A stretch of DNA of 62,158 nt, counting the filler, from Choristocarpus tenellus KU-1152 (taxonomy: Eukaryota; Protista; Phaeophyceae): the NCBI GenBank assembly GCA_964200185.2. It is 5 parts of 5 records of this genome, joined end to end, with 100 filler letters (N's around TTAATTAATTAA, not from the genome) between each part and the next. Parts side by side here need not be neighbours in the genome. Positions count along the whole stretch, not along the records: positions 26,894 to 30,469 come from CAXNAD020019162.1; positions 30,570 to 57,254 come from CAXNAD020000165.1; 3 more parts are not named here. One strand, written 5' to 3'. The notes under the pieces were generated by a model, which was not told the DNA's origin, made no database searches, and worked only from the letters and a program-made list of their open reading frames with translations. Every line of letters starts with the position of its first letter. Within the stretch, counting starts at the first letter, position 1. Shown here piece by piece: positions 26,894 through 40,613 of this stretch. The position numbers and the translations under genes are program-made.

Positions 26894-27260
26894 CATGCCT
26901 GGTGGTCGGACCGGGTCCAAATACACATAAAAAATTTGGACCATGTCCACCAGGTATGGTGCTGGTCCATATCAGCTGTCCGGACCGGGCTAACATTCTA
27001 TATCATGTCTGGACCATGCCCACTAGGTAGAATACCGGTCCATGTTCGGTGGTCGGACCGGGTGCAACTACATATAAAAAATCTGGACCACGTCCACCAG
27101 GTATGGTACTGGTTCATGTCAGCTGACCAGACTGGGCTAATATTCTATGTGTAACATGTCTGGACCATGCCCACTAGGTATTATATTATACCCATCCACG
27201 TCTGGTGGTTGGACCGGGTCCAACTTCATATAAAAAAATCTGGACCATGTCCACTAGGTA
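26894..27260. repeat. Tandem satellite, 147-156-bp unit, at least 2.4 copies, running to the contig edge
   Basis: Units start at 26894, 27041 and 27197 (cayg..yggtggtyggaccgggt...tggaccatgtccac.aggta). Confidence 0.85.
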
Positions 27261-28140
27261 TTTTACTTTTCCATGTCTGCCGGGCAGTCTAACTTTTTTG
27301 AGGTATGCTCAGTCATGTATGTCCAGACCATATCCACCACATGTAGTTGTTAGTCCAGTCCACAAGCCAGATAGGTCTACTCCCTGCCCAATTTGACTCA
27401 AACAGACCTGTCCAATTCATTTGGCCGCTCTACAAAGAAAAAAAAAGTGTTTACAAAGTGTCCAAGGCGATGTTAGATTTTTATCACACTGATCAATGAG
27501 AGTACAAAAACAAAAAAAAAATGCGTGGAAACCATGCCAAATTGAGAATAATACGGTCTGGTCAATTGTTGGGGGGATCATTGGGCGCCCTTGGAAATAT
27601 ACAGACTGACCTCACTGACCATATGATACACATAGAGCAAATTGATATGTCGATACATGTCTTGTGACTTAAAAAAAATATATATATAATCGTTGGTATG
27701 CGTCTCGGCACTTCACAATAAAAAATTATATTTGTACTATAATACTGTTGAAATAGCGGTAAACAGAGAATAAAATACAGACTAGATCGTTATCTTTGTC
27801 ACATAGGTCCCATTTTTGTATGGGTAGAGATATTTCTTACATATATTGAAGAGTTCGATCGAGACATTTAAATAAGGCCGCATTTTGCTCTCACTTCTTA
27901 AAAAAAAACTCATTTGGAGACATTTTGAAACACAGGAGAAAGGTGTACACTATCAAAAGTCCAAACCAACTCTCTTCTCCACTCAAAAAAACACGATGCC
28001 CTCCAAAACGAACTTTATGTAAGTCACTGTATCTCCTTTGCTTCGAATTGTGAAGAATGCATTCATCTAGCATGTTCACTGAGAATGTGGAGAGGCACAC
28101 ATATGTGTGGAAAGTTGAAGTTACCAGTGTTATTATTTGG

Positions 28141-28320
28141 GTCCATGGCCGTCAACTACTTCAACATGACCGGGCAGTTGGCTGGCCTTGTAAAAGTTCA
28201 AACATGGCAGAGTCTATGATTGTCAACTACTTCAACGTGACTGGACAGTTGGCTGGCCTTGTAAAAGTTCAAACACGGCGGAGTCCATGGTTGTCAACTA
28301 CTTCAACATGGCTAGGCCAT
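28141..28320. repeat. 71-bp tandem repeat, ~2.5 copies
   Basis: Units start at 28141, 28212 and 28283 (gtcyatg..ygtcaactacttcaac...gttggctggccttgtaaaagttcaaaca). Confidence 0.85.
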
Positions 28321-28567
28321 GACCCAGCCTGCAGCGTGAGTAGCCTGGACAGTGGACACACTAATTAGCCGTCCCAGTGAGAGCCCCCCCACTTCCTTGC
28401 CATGAAGGTTAGTTATCTTACACCTGGGCAGGGGCCTAGCTACTCATTAATACTGAGGAAAAAGGTTCGTGGACATTGAACCACTCCCCCCCTCCCTCCC
28501 CCTCTTATCCAACAACAACAACATTTCCTATAGGTTCCCAAACACCACGGTCCACACCAAGACTGAC

Positions 28568-30313
28568 CTCTTCTTCCTTCTCCAAACAGCCCCCCCACAG
28601 TGAGTCTCCCAAGGTTGGAGCAGCAGCAGCCTCCCTCTCTAGCCTCTCATTTTGCTCCTTTTCCTCCCGAAGCTTCTTTGCCTTTTCCCATCTTGCCAGA
28701 GGGCGGGCCTCCCCTCCCTTCATTTCATTGAGACTCTCCAACCATGTTGTTCTTTTACAGCATCGAGTGATAGTGAATTGAAAATAAAACCACCGTGGGA
28801 TAGAAGGGGACTGCTTAACTTGGGACAGGCTACTACTTCAGTGAAAAGGCCCAGTTTGATAGCCCAATTATATAGCACTCGTACTGTGCTCTGTTGTGCA
28901 TCTTACAGCATTGTGTGTTAGATCTTTCAAATTTTGAATGAGTGAAAGCATCTTAGAGGGTACGAGTTTTTCCCTGTTTGTCCATTTGGGGCTTGGTTTC
29001 CCATGGGTTCTTTTATGACATTTTCCTACTCCAAAACATTTCAGAGTAGGTAAAGATGTATATTTTATGGAAAGGTGTGTCTGGAACAATGATAATTGAC
29101 ACTTCCTAACAAACACGATAGCCGAAATTACATCATAATCGCAACATTGGATTTTGACCCCAAATGGACACCGCTCTAACCTACTTTTGGGTAATCCAAT
29201 GTGTGCGACCATGATCGAGCTCAGCTAGAGAGATAAAGAACACCTGATCAACCTGCAGTTCCTTCCTCAACAGTAACTAGAAAACAAATTACAGGCTGTT
29301 GGTGAGTAAGTGCAACAGCAGAACCACTGTTTAGTCCAAGAACATTCAAGAAGCAAAGACTCCTGTTGCCATGTGGAAAAACGTATTTATTTACACATGT
29401 ACAGGAAGATCAGACTGTAAAAAAAAATGTTTTCTGGACAACTCACGAGCCAGCCCTTACTCCAAAAAGAATCACAATACAATAAATAAGAGAACCACAG
29501 CACATAGTCCAAAGCCCAGTGGTCATTCCTGGTCTCCAGCAATATCCTTCGCCAATCAATACGCATGTCTACTCACTTGTATGGCTCAGGAAGCTTCCGT
29601 TCCAGGGGCTGGTCGTTCTGCAGTTGCAGCAGGCAGAGTAGAGCGGCATGCTCCTTTGCTTGTGCTTTGGTGTGAAAAGACTCTGTTGGGCAGAAGGCCA
29701 GGTCCTTGGCCTTGTTCTTTGAGTCGGGCAGGACCAAACTGATCCGAAACAACTCCTACACATCCATATATATAACATAGTCGTGGTTTACAACATTTGG
29801 AGAGGTTTGTTGCAAGCATTTCTGCTTGAAGAGCAGCAGAGTGGGGCATGGTTTGCAGTGGGATTGCTATGGTGTGGCAGACAGAGTTAAGAGTCAATCC
29901 GATTCTGCAATGTCATAGTACAATAGTCATGATGATTGTTGACGAGGGGATGGGGGAGGGAAAAGGGCTTCTATACATTCCTAGTATTCATTGGGTCACG
30001 GGCATTTTTTAGACAGAACAGATGCACGTGAGAGAAAGCACGTTTTCCAGCTTGTACGCAATTACGACATCCTATGAACATATACAATCGAGCGCAAGAT
30101 ATATCTTCTCCCGCGCGCTACAGGAGTGACCTCCACTTCCAGGGGTGGGCGTGGACGATTCGGCGGGTCTTCGTAGTAGTTGTAGCGAAAATAGCATTAA
30201 AAGGAGAAGGCATATCAATTACTTACAGGTTCTGAGGGCTTGACAGGGTGGTAGCAAGGTTTCTTGCGGTGCTGGCGATCTGCGTACTGCTGGACTAGTT
30301 GTGATGGAAGGCG
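28568..30313 (-). CDS. DEAH-box RNA helicase DHX57/DHX29-like, N-terminal fragment
   Basis: Exons 30313-30227 (RLPSQLVQQYADRQHRKKPCYHPV), 29738-29577 (LVLPDSKNKAKDLAFCPTESF...AKEHAALLCLLQLQNDQPLERKLPEPYK) and 28751-28568 (TTWLES...). They match the N-terminal dsRBD-like region (P.QLL....K.P.Y ... A...AAL..L......L.R.LP.PY...W). A small exon between the first two is missing; the helicase core is not on this contig. Confidence 0.7.
28940..29192 (+). mobile_element. MITE family B, decayed copy (intronic)
   Basis: Collinear with 59387-59644 over its whole length; right TIR partly deleted. Confidence 0.85.
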
Positions 30314-30469
30314 CTGTGGGATGAGGCAGGAAGGGGTGGAAGAGAGGGTGTGAGGAAGGTTCAGACAGGGCACAATGGATCGATGACCACCACATTTCCA
30401 CGGGGAGAGGGGAGGTGATTCTCTTGCAGTTTGCACTATGCTTCTGATCTACATCGCGCCTTCTTGCAA

Positions 30470-30569
30470 NNNNNNNNNNNNNNNNNNNNNNNNNNNNNNN
30501 NNNNNNNNNNNNNTTAATTAATTAANNNNNNNNNNNNNNNNNNNNNNNNNNNNNNNNNNNNNNNNNNNN
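30470..30569. other. Artificial contig linker
   Basis: N44-TTAATTAATTAA-N44. Confidence 0.97.
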
Positions 30570-31344
30570 GCTCAAGCATTTGGGATAGTCTACGGCCCAG
30601 ATAGCCTTCCGTCTTCTCAACCCCCCCCCCCCCAAAAAAAAAGAGAACAGAAATGTTTTTGAATGGAGTGAAGAGTGGGGAGGAAATTGAAAGGACAACT
30701 TACTCCTCAAACTGTGTTGGACTACCACAAACTGGGCATCAGGTCCTCAAAGGTTCAGAACCACTAACCACAATTCTGGTGTGTTGTTTGATTCATGGCA
30801 TCATCGCGTTGCTTTGCATTGCATTGGGCAGCGCCATGCATATTTAATGGCAAAAACCTCTTATGTAGAGGATTATTGGTGATGGGGAATATCATGAACA
30901 CCTGAGAGTCAAGCAGACTCTAGGTGCCGGACAAGTCTTTGCCACACTGACCTCTCCATTTGGACAATATTGAAACATACCAGAGTTTTCCATCTGTTCT
31001 ACAGGATGCATCCACAAATCTGGGGATTTATTTGCAACATCCAGACTGCAAGTATGAGATGCTAGATCAAAGTACCTCCGTATTTCCAGTCCAGGACGTG
31101 GAGCATGTGTGCATCACAACATACCAATAACCACAGCACTCTTAGCAGCACTAGACACAAGCCTAATTTGTCCACGATGAAACAATCCAAATATTGAGTT
31201 CAAGTTATCAACAGGGTTAATAAATAACAAAAACCACAGTAATCTTTCCTTGCCCATCCAAACACCAGAGAATCAATTACACACCTCCCTCTAGAAAGGG
31301 GAACACAACCCCACCTTTCCAACCCTAACCCTAGCCATGCTCAC

Positions 31345-34300
31345 CTCAGTCATAGTCATAAACGCCTTTCGACATGCCCTCTCCTTGTCCTCCAGGCTAG
31401 CCTCCACCTGCCCCCAGATCCCCTGATTCACCACCTTGAACTTACGTTGCAGCTTTGGGTCCACCAGCTGGGTGCGTTGATGCCACCTATTCGCAGTCCC
31501 TTTCCACCAAGACATACATCCACTGTAGTCCCTCGCAGCAGCTTTGTCATCCCCATCTCCCCCACCCCCCCCTATTTCACTGTGCTCTATCCCAGTGTGT
31601 TCTTCCCCTTCTACATCACCGTTGTCCTTCTCAGGGGGGATGCCCCAGCTCTTCATGTGCATCCTGCGGATGCTTGAGAGGTCACCAACAAGGCCGTCCA
31701 TGGCATTAGTAGCCTTTTCAGACAACGCCTTCAGCTCTGGGTCGCTGTTGACATACAAGGGCAGCACCTCCGACCCTGCGTGGGGACAAGGAGATGATAC
31801 AAGGAAGTTAAGAGGGGGCTGACTAGCGAAATTGGACCAAAAATGTACAATAAATAGATTGGTCGTCTCGCTGGTAAGTCTGTTCACCCTATGGTGGGCA
31901 AGGATCGATAGCCTGCTTGTGAGACAAAAGAAGGTAGAGGGTAGGTTGAAATAAGTCAGACAGATAAAGGTATAGTAATGAGAAGAGACAGAAGCAACTG
32001 CCGCAGAACCAAGTGAAACAAGAAATGAGTTGGAAAAATACTGGGAAGGGTAGGAGAGTAGACTGAAGGTATTGCAACATGGAAATTCACAAAAGAAAGA
32101 TACACAACCGCACTTCATGTTCAGAAACAAAGCTTGTGCACCTTCACATGATAGGTGCTACTCATGAGGTGCAACAATCATTGATACCATCAAGCCACTT
32201 GTCATGGGGTGCATTGAACACCTCTACCCTCCCCTGACCTCAGTCTCTACATATTTTCTTGGCGCTACCAATGCACTACACAACACCTATATATATATAT
32301 ATACACAAAAAAAAAATACACCTCCAACATGTATGGTCATTTGATGTGTTGTTCATGAGAATGCCGGACCACAGGGCAACTCTAACAGGAGCTGACAGTA
32401 CTCTCCTGGGCCTCAGAAGAGTGCACTCCTGACAAAGCAAAGAACCAAAAAGGAAACTCTTATCTGGCAGCTACATTACGGAAGCAGGAGCACCTCGACA
32501 GAGACCCCACTGTAAGAAGCAGATTCATGGAAAAAAAATATATTAATACATGGACAAACAATAAATTCCCAACCCCGACAAAAATTAAATTGCACCTGGC
32601 AGTTGATTGGCCGAATTGAGCAACCGCTGCAGCAAGATACGAACCTCCAGAGTACGGTCCCACCAATGCCGCTGCCTGTGATGTGCAAAAATGGCAAAAA
32701 GGTGAGAAGAAACAGGAATGAAAAGGAGTGAAACACAGGGATCGATAGCAAGCGACACATCAGTTTCAGACAACATAGTCTAAAAGTGGTGGGATGTGGG
32801 TAAGGAAGAGACTGGAGGGTAGAAGACGCAGAATCAATGACAGGAACACACTCTGTAAAGCCAATAGTGCAGATAATGATAGACTAACATCCCAGTACAA
32901 CAGGCAATACAATTGTCGGCTGCTATAGCCCTGTGTCTCACTCAAGCCTGATATAATTGCAGCCAGATTTTTGCACTCCTTCAACTTGAAATAGATCTGT
33001 GGATGCACTGAACCATTCAGCAGAAGGTAATATTCGGAGTTCATCCGCCATGTACCCTACGACCAAATAAGGGGAGATGAAGATCACACTCACAATAAAA
33101 ACAAGTCATAGTGAACAATTCTAACCCTGTTAAGAAAGACTGGACCATCGACATCCCTTCCTTTCCAAACAAAGGGCAACATCATCTAATCTCAACCAAG
33201 TTTTGATGTTTCTTGCAGTTGCAGTTGAGCAGATAACCTTCCTTTCACATTTTAATCATTTCTGAAAAAAAAAGACATTTCAGCATTTAACCCAATCAGA
33301 TCACTATGTTGGAGGTATAGTGTTCTTGAAAAAAGAGTTTTATAACAGTGACAGTCACCTAGTTCAATGTTGCTGTACCATAAAGGACAATTAAGGTCTC
33401 TAACCCACCAAACTAGGTACAGGGGATGCCAGCAACTCACAAAGGGCAACTACACAGTTCCACAGTTTTGCATTACCAACCAGTATCAGAGAGCACATCA
33501 GCCAAGAAATGGATACAGTGCACTTCATGATTCCTACAAATCTTACAGACCCCCATTCGTCCGTGGTGAGTCTTCATACAATACTGTTCCAACCTCCCCT
33601 TCGCATTCAACATACTCCAAGAAAAATGGCTAGACTCAGGAGAAAAAGGAAGAGGTCTGCTGCCAGAGGCATCTTAAAATTCTTCTCACCTCAGCATCTC
33701 CCTAGCACACCTTAGCTCTCCCGCCCCTGCACCCACCCTTCCCTTCCGAGCCCTGTTGTCCTGCCTGTCCAGGTGTGCAATCTGCTCATCTACTAGCGCA
33801 TCCATATCCCCAACACCTGCAAACACACTGGCTTGTCCTACGGAAGAGGTGCCCTCACCATGCCCAGCAACACCGAAATTTTTCCCGCCCATATCACCAC
33901 CATTATCTTCCTCTTCTGTGAGATCTCCTTCGTCCTCAGAGGAGCTGACATCATCAAGGGTGAGGGATGCTTCGGCGTTCAGTTCCACTCCACTACTGTC
34001 ACCTTCACTTTCTGAGCTGCCGACAGCTCCTTCGTTCTCTTCGTAGCCTTCGATATCTCCGTCGGCGGCTTCGTCCAGAGGGCTTCCTCTAACTGAGAGC
34101 GAATGGTACAACAGAAAATCGTGAAGTTGGGTATCAGCAGGGCATGGAACCAGGTTGTGGCAAACTCTGTAACGCCCCCTTGGGACGACGACGTCGTCTT
34201 CGTTCTTGAATAGATGGCGGAAGCATTGCTGGCACTGTTCAAATATCATCGTGGTGTTGAGGGACAGTGAGCTTTGGAGACATCCATACAGACTCTGAAC

Positions 34301-34998
34301 TTCAGAGTTGAAGTAGAGAACGACGAAGAACTGAAGGGTGAAAGGTGCACTCTAGGAGTTATACTTGACATTTAATTGCAGATAGAGGCCGGGTATATAT
34401 ATGTATATCAATGTACTTACGGTTGCCATTTAGACGTGCCAATTTGGCACGAGACACCCGCTTGCCATGATACTCTCGACCGATGTCTTCCATGTCCGCT
34501 GCAACTCGAAGGGTGGACATGGGAGGTGGCTCGGGCGTGCCATCCTCGTCCATGCCATCATTTCCATCCTTATAGATATTCAGCCCTAGGGTGGCACACA
34601 AAGAGATCGGTTATCCAGACAGATTTGAGAATAGGCAAACGATCAAAGGCCAAGTCACAGTAAAAGGTCTGTGGTAGGGGTTGCCAAATACGGTGTTTGC
34701 AAGGAAGCCCTAGGAGGTGAGGGGAAGCAAGGGGAACCTCCTACAATTGGATATACACTTACATCTACAAATGTAAGGGGAAGATGTAGTCGAACCCATT
34801 GTACTGTCACTCGAAGTATAGGATAGCACCATAGAGGGATAGGACCAAGAACCTCATCGATGTTGTACACGCACCTGCACCCGTTCCATCATCGTATTCC
34901 GAAGCATCTGGGTCGAAGGATGTTGAAGGGGCCGCTGATGTAAGCTCAGCAAGTCTGTCCGATAGGGTTCTCTTCCTCTTTGGGACCTTGGCAGACAT
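31345..34998 (-). CDS. AATF: AATF/Che-1/BFR2 ribosome biogenesis factor (3' end beyond the contig edge)
   Basis: Phase-consistent exons 34998-34875, 34585-34421, 34092-33690, 32675-32596 and 31775-31345. They give MSAK...LAEL...FDPD, YHGKRVSR, an acidic tract, QRHWWDRTLEVRILLQRLLNSANQLP (AATF domain) and W...T......KFKVVNQGIWGQVE. Confidence 0.88.
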
Positions 34999-35256
34999 CT
35001 TGCTTGGTTTTAAGTGTTGGGTCGTGGTTGGGAACCAAGTTGTGTGAAGAACTCACTCGCGGCGCGCGACAAAATTAATAATAAATTTTATAAGGGTCGA
35101 GTTGTGTTTTGTTATTAATAGTATATAGGTCTACCAATTCTCTTGAAAATTTATGAAATGACAGCCCTCGTGCGCCTTTGCACGCCTTAGCATATATTCA
35201 ACCAACACCAGCATACACCAAGAAGTTGGCAGCAGGAAAATCATAGAACTCTGAAA
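34999..35256. promoter_or_regulatory. Putative bidirectional promoter (AATF / 139-aa gene)
   Basis: Only 258 bp between divergent ATGs; contains CGCGGCGCGCG followed by an AT-rich tract. Confidence 0.5.
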
Positions 35257-36278
35257 ATGGTTTTTGATGAACGTGCGCTGCTACGAGCGCTTCGCCAGTT
35301 TCGCCATGTCCGGGGGCCAGACCATTACCGACCAGCAAGGCGTGGGCGAGGTAGCGTTGCTGACGCAACAGGCCTTGTTAAGGTGAGTTGTTGGTTGTGA
35401 TGTTATGGTGGCAACCTCTCCCCCCCCCCTCTCTCTCTCTGACATTTCACTACGAGGATAGTACAAGCATAAGCAAAATCCAAGTGATAGGGATGTAGCA
35501 TGATTGGGATAGCAAGAAGCTGGGCTTGTCCTTAGGCCTTTTTCGAACCCAACTATACTGCGAGGGGCACATCGAACTGTGCTTCGCAATCTTGATGAAC
35601 ACCATGTCGAAATGCGGGACGAGATGGATACCATTGTGGATAGAATATTAATGTAGCCCCCACGCACTCTCTTGCCTCCAGCGGCAACCGTTGTCCAAAG
35701 AGGAACGTGCAGTAGCCGAGAGGGACCTGGCGTCTTTGGGTTCAGGGGATTGTATAGAGGATAAGACAACGGTGGCAGTAGAGGAAATTCAGAGGTTGAA
35801 CCTGATTGAGCCGGAGGAATTTTTTTCTGTGTTTGACTCCTGGGTGGATGCCAAGTACCCCGGGGATCGATTGAGCGCTACTAAATTGAAGGTTGCATTT
35901 CGAAAGGTGAGTGGCATATACTCATTTTAATATTGTTCGTCGTGATCGCCTATGGGCCCTCCACACATTTAAGGCCCCTTCGTCTTATCTGGCACTTTAC
36001 ATGCTATATCCAAGGCTGTTGCTTGATCTCGATTTATAGTTCCCTCATACGGTGTCCTCATGAGTACCTGAGGAGTTTCTATGCTTGATGGATTGTTTTT
36101 ATGTGAAAAATATAATCTCGTCTTGAAGCGATATTAGCGTTTCTCTAGTAGCTAGGACAACTACTATTTTTCACCTATCCCCAATTTTTCTTTTGCCTTG
36201 AATTTGCAGGAGCACCGAGGGGTGGTGTCAAGGTTGTGCCTGGATGACATAGAAGATATTGCCCAAGCCATGCAGTAG
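35257..36278 (+). CDS. Small protein of unknown function (139 aa)
   Basis: Three phase-0 exons 35257-35382, 35682-35906 and 36210-36278 with strong AAG|GTGAGT donors: MVFDERALLRALRQFRHVRGPDHY...FFSVFDSWVDAKY...LKVAFRKEHRGVVSRLCLDDIEDIAQAMQ*. Confidence 0.8.
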
Positions 36279-38899
36279 TAATTTTTGTTTCCCTGTCGCC
36301 AGCAAAGAATGCTAACACTGCAAAATTATTAGCTGCCAGTTAGTGAAATCTTGGCACAGTTGGAAGAGGTGAAGAGCCACTGCTGTCTCAGCGGTGTCTG
36401 CTAGTCTCATCTGCCAACTGCGCAGGACGTCGTAGATCTTGCACAACAGTGCTCAATAAGGAACCAATGAGAACAGAGGACTGGACTATGGAGCTGTAAA
36501 TACTAGTGTTATTTGAGAAGTTGCAGGTTCAATGAGACCTTCCTCTTCCATTGATGGCCACTTATGTTCCCTTTTTCGATATGCTGTGATGCTCCATGTG
36601 TGAAGGAATATGTATCGAGAGTCAACTTGAAGGCTGAACTATTGTGCTTTATAAGTATGCTGAATGTTTTTTTGACATGCCGTACCCCCTGCACTTGATC
36701 AAGTTGCCCCTGCAAGTCTTCATTTCCATCTCCTGGAAGAGAGCAGAGATTTGGCTCCTATCAATACAATTGCAATTGTGTGTTAGGTGTCTTGAAACAC
36801 TTGGTAGTACTAGTAGATACGGAGTAGGTAAGAGGACTGAGGACAATTTTCAGCTGTGTAACTTCCTGAGTTAATTGAGACCACAGAAGAACTCTTCTGC
36901 TATTGTAATACTGCATACAGTTAATACTGTACTGACTAGGAATACCATGGTAGTAACAGCGTCAGAAAGACAGAACGCCTACTTGCCAGCGTATTGGCGC
37001 AAAGGGAGATGGTGTGGAGAAGAATCAAAAGGTAAGACCACTGGACATTTGCTGCAACATCACAATGACCCAAGTACCAGGAGTACTAAACTGCTGTGAT
37101 GCCTGTTAGTGTAGGGTATATGTTCGATACGGAGTGGAGCACTTCAATTTCTCCAATGCTGAGACAAATGTGACGAAGCTTGCCTGTGGTTGGATCGCCT
37201 GCGGGTCAGGTGGGAGAATGTGGAGTGGAGTACAAAGGACATTACTTGTGAACAGAGGTGGTGTTGACTTATTACATAATTTGTTCGGAGAACCCTAAAA
37301 AAACTCTGGCATGACATGGATTTGTTGAACATCCTGATTTTGTCCCAGCAGGGATAAAAAGGAAAAGTGGCGTACCCCCTTACTTCATCAGGAGGAGGAA
37401 CACACAGTCCAACGTGGAGGAGTATATCCACCACATCACCGTAATAGAGTAATGTGGGACTACGTTTTTATTTACTGGGGTCTGACTTGGCATCTTTATG
37501 ATCCAGCAATGGTATCGCTTCGCAAAGATGTTGGCTGTTGCCCAGCAGCGAGGCACTGATTTGATGGTAACCATGTTGAGGTTGGGAAGATGAGATAAAA
37601 TCGAAATCTGGAAAATTACAGAACTGTATTGACACGTTGTATCTGAAGCACTGGCCCATCACAACCATATTTTTAGCTTAACATGCTGTGGTTACGGTTA
37701 GAGCGAGTCTCCCCCCTTGTAGTTAGCAGAATGAATTATTCCTGCACCCCAAGCATCAAGTGGGCTATAGCTATCCTTTTGTCAGTGTGAGTGCAACCTA
37801 TTCCTTACTGACCTGGGCTCTATCCTGGATGGTTTCCCTAGAGCTTCACATTTTATCCTTGATTGGGGACCTATTACAAGGAAGTTTGTGGGTATGATAG
37901 TTGTCGCACCCTTCAAATCTAAAGCCCACCTAAAAACAGTTTGCTGATATGTACTGCTTTGAGTCTTCAGATGCAATTTAATCGAATCTCAACATACATA
38001 AAGAAATGCATCATTGAGGGTCGCTTATGTTAGTGATTGCACTTCTCCCCTATATCATAGCATGATCATGTTCTTACAGGACTTTCCAATCAAGCCTGCA
38101 AAAATATGCTATGAAAATCAGCTCAGATGTAGTGTAGAGGGATAAATTGGTTGGATGCTCCATGTCATCTTCTGTCTGGCTTCCTACGTTTAAAATAATT
38201 ATCTCCAAGTACCATTCACAGCCCCAACCCCTACACAGTGACTCACCTGATCACTCCAAGTCTTACAGCCTCGAACCTTTTGCAATATGTATCATTTGAT
38301 CTGAAGGGGTCTCAGGCACTACATAGTGTTGCGTGTGTTGTAGTCATCAGTGTTACGTACACAACATAGTGTTGCCCCTTTAACGTAACACATTGTATCA
38401 GAACACAAATATAATCTTATTGCACTGTCATCCTGTGACAATTTGTGATAAAGATCAATGAGATAACATCTCATTTTTTGTACTCTAATATAACATTTTG
38501 TGTAACGAAATATCATGAAAGTGAGTGTAGTCTTTTTTGTTGAGAGGCATCTATATGAGACTTGCAACATCAACGGAAAGAAACGGTTGAATATCTGGAT
38601 TCGCCATCGCACAGCAACATCATCCTTGTATAGAATTTGGAACAGAAACACCGAACGGTCCAATAAAATGCTGAGAGACCCTACTGTCCGTCAAGTCTGT
38701 TCATAAGCAATGTGATATTTCCTACTTCAATATAATAATAAGTAATGTTATGTTGCAGCACAATGCAATGGGATGCTACGACAACACTTAGGAGAGTGTT
38801 GAGCTGTAACAATATTTTAAGTCGGAACACAATGTTATAACGTTATTTTGTGTTATGGCCTAACGTGTTTCGCTATAATGGTAACAAACACCTTAAATT

Positions 38900-39035
38900 T
38901 GTTGGTTCGGAGTGTTATGAGCATTGCACAATGTTGTATATATTTTGGTCCGGAGTGTAACGGGCACTACAATATAGTGTTATATATGTTTTGGACTGGA
39001 ACGTAACAGGCACTACATTGTGTCATCTATGTTTT
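38900..39035. repeat. ~45-bp diverged tandem repeat x3
   Basis: ttggtycggagtgt.a..ggcactaca units at 38902, 38946 and 38991. Confidence 0.65.
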
Positions 39036-39292
39036 CGTCGTCAATGCTCTGTGCATAACATAGTTTTGAGTGTAGCGTTGTCCAAGGTGTAGAAAATTCA
39101 CAATAGTAAAAGAATAGAGTTGTGGACAACAGAAAACGTTCTATGAAATAGATATTTGATTAGGTCTCATTTAAGGGAATGCTTCGATGATATTGTTTTT
39201 GAGTACAACAGATTCACATAAGCAAAGTTGTGTTTGTATAGATTGTCGTACATCCTGGATTATTTTCCACATACAGGAAAAGTCAAGGTCTA

Positions 39293-39471
39293 GACCCAAA
39301 GTATCTAGGAGGGGGGAGCGGTCTACACCAGGGTGTCCTTTTGGGTCAAAACCTGGAAAGTGTACTTACATTATCCATTTGACGTATGCAACCAAATCAC
39401 CCCAAAATCACGACATGAAAAAATTGACCCCAAATGGACAGCCGCCACCCCCCCCCCAGATACTTTGAACC
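39293..39471 (-). mobile_element. MITE family A, second copy (inverted)
   Basis: GACCCAAAGTATCT...CCCCAGATACTTTGAACC; the reverse complement aligns with 22814-22992. Confidence 0.85.
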
Positions 39472-40613
39472 TCTACATAGTGCTTAGGTGACATTGAGCT
39501 TATTTTGCATGCGTGTGCTCAATCAAGCGCATTTTTGTATCAATGGAATATAATAGGTACTCTCAAAAGAGCTGTGTACTCGTTGCAGTACGAGAAGTCT
39601 GTCCACATTTGGAGTACTTTAGTCAACACAAATTGAACAAGTGAAGAACCAGATTACATTAGGAGAGTGAGACCCACCAACATTTTATTGTCCTCAATGT
39701 CACCACATAAATAGGCCCTGTCTGAGGGATGAAGCAAGAGAATAGCACAACGGCACTGTTACTTGTAAAGGTGCTTTGGGGCTGGTAACAAATGTTTATC
39801 CCAATACATATCTTGGTCAACACTTACTACCCAAGAGGACTGGTGATCCTGAAGAGTATAGTGATCGGTCCCTCTAGATCAGCCAGCCTTTTCCACACTT
39901 GGTGGACACTGCCAAACAACTCAGCCTGTCACCTAATCTTAATCTCACGTACTGTAAGCGCCCTGTATACACACAGGAAGACAACCCTTCCGGGTTGCAA
40001 ACTATTGAGCATGTGCTCTTCTACTTCTTGTGCTGCCCAAATTCTGTATTTCTTCAAATGGTAAGAAAAGTCTTTGATCTTGGATGTACGACTAACGATT
40101 CAACCCTTCACGACATCCAGTCCAATCTCGATTTACGACACCGCGCAACGTAACATCTAGCACAATCAATATTATCTGGTTCATGCAGAAAGCTGCTCAA
40201 ATGCAGATGGTATGCCGTATGATAGGGGTTGAGGATTAGAGGCCACAACTCATACAATGCCTACCTCTCGAAAGAGGGCAATCACAGATAGATAGATACT
40301 TGGTCTTTCTTGGCACTGGAGGAGACGGTGGTTCCCATGTAGGTACCTACCAACTGGTTGCACAAACTATACCAGTCCTACCTGCCCCATACAAATGCGA
40401 TACTCCTGTATAAGTGGTGTTTCAAAGTAAGAACAGTGTAGACATTTCCATATGAAACATCTTACTTCATACGTACACATTATTGACTCTATTAGTAGGT
40501 AGCTAGCAACCTATAGAAAACGAATAGGACGTAAATAAATAAATTAGTAATACTACATAGTCTATGCACATGCAACAACAACCTTCCGTAGTAAATATCC
40601 ATAGAGATGACAC

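Noticed and set aside
28141-28320. Regularly spaced repeats resembling a CRISPR array
   Set aside because: The whole unit is repeated with no unique spacers; no cas genes; eukaryotic context.
32930-33060. Exon-like open frame (YMADELRILPSAEW...) in an AATF intron
   Set aside because: Flanking AATF exons join in phase without it; no recognisable homology.
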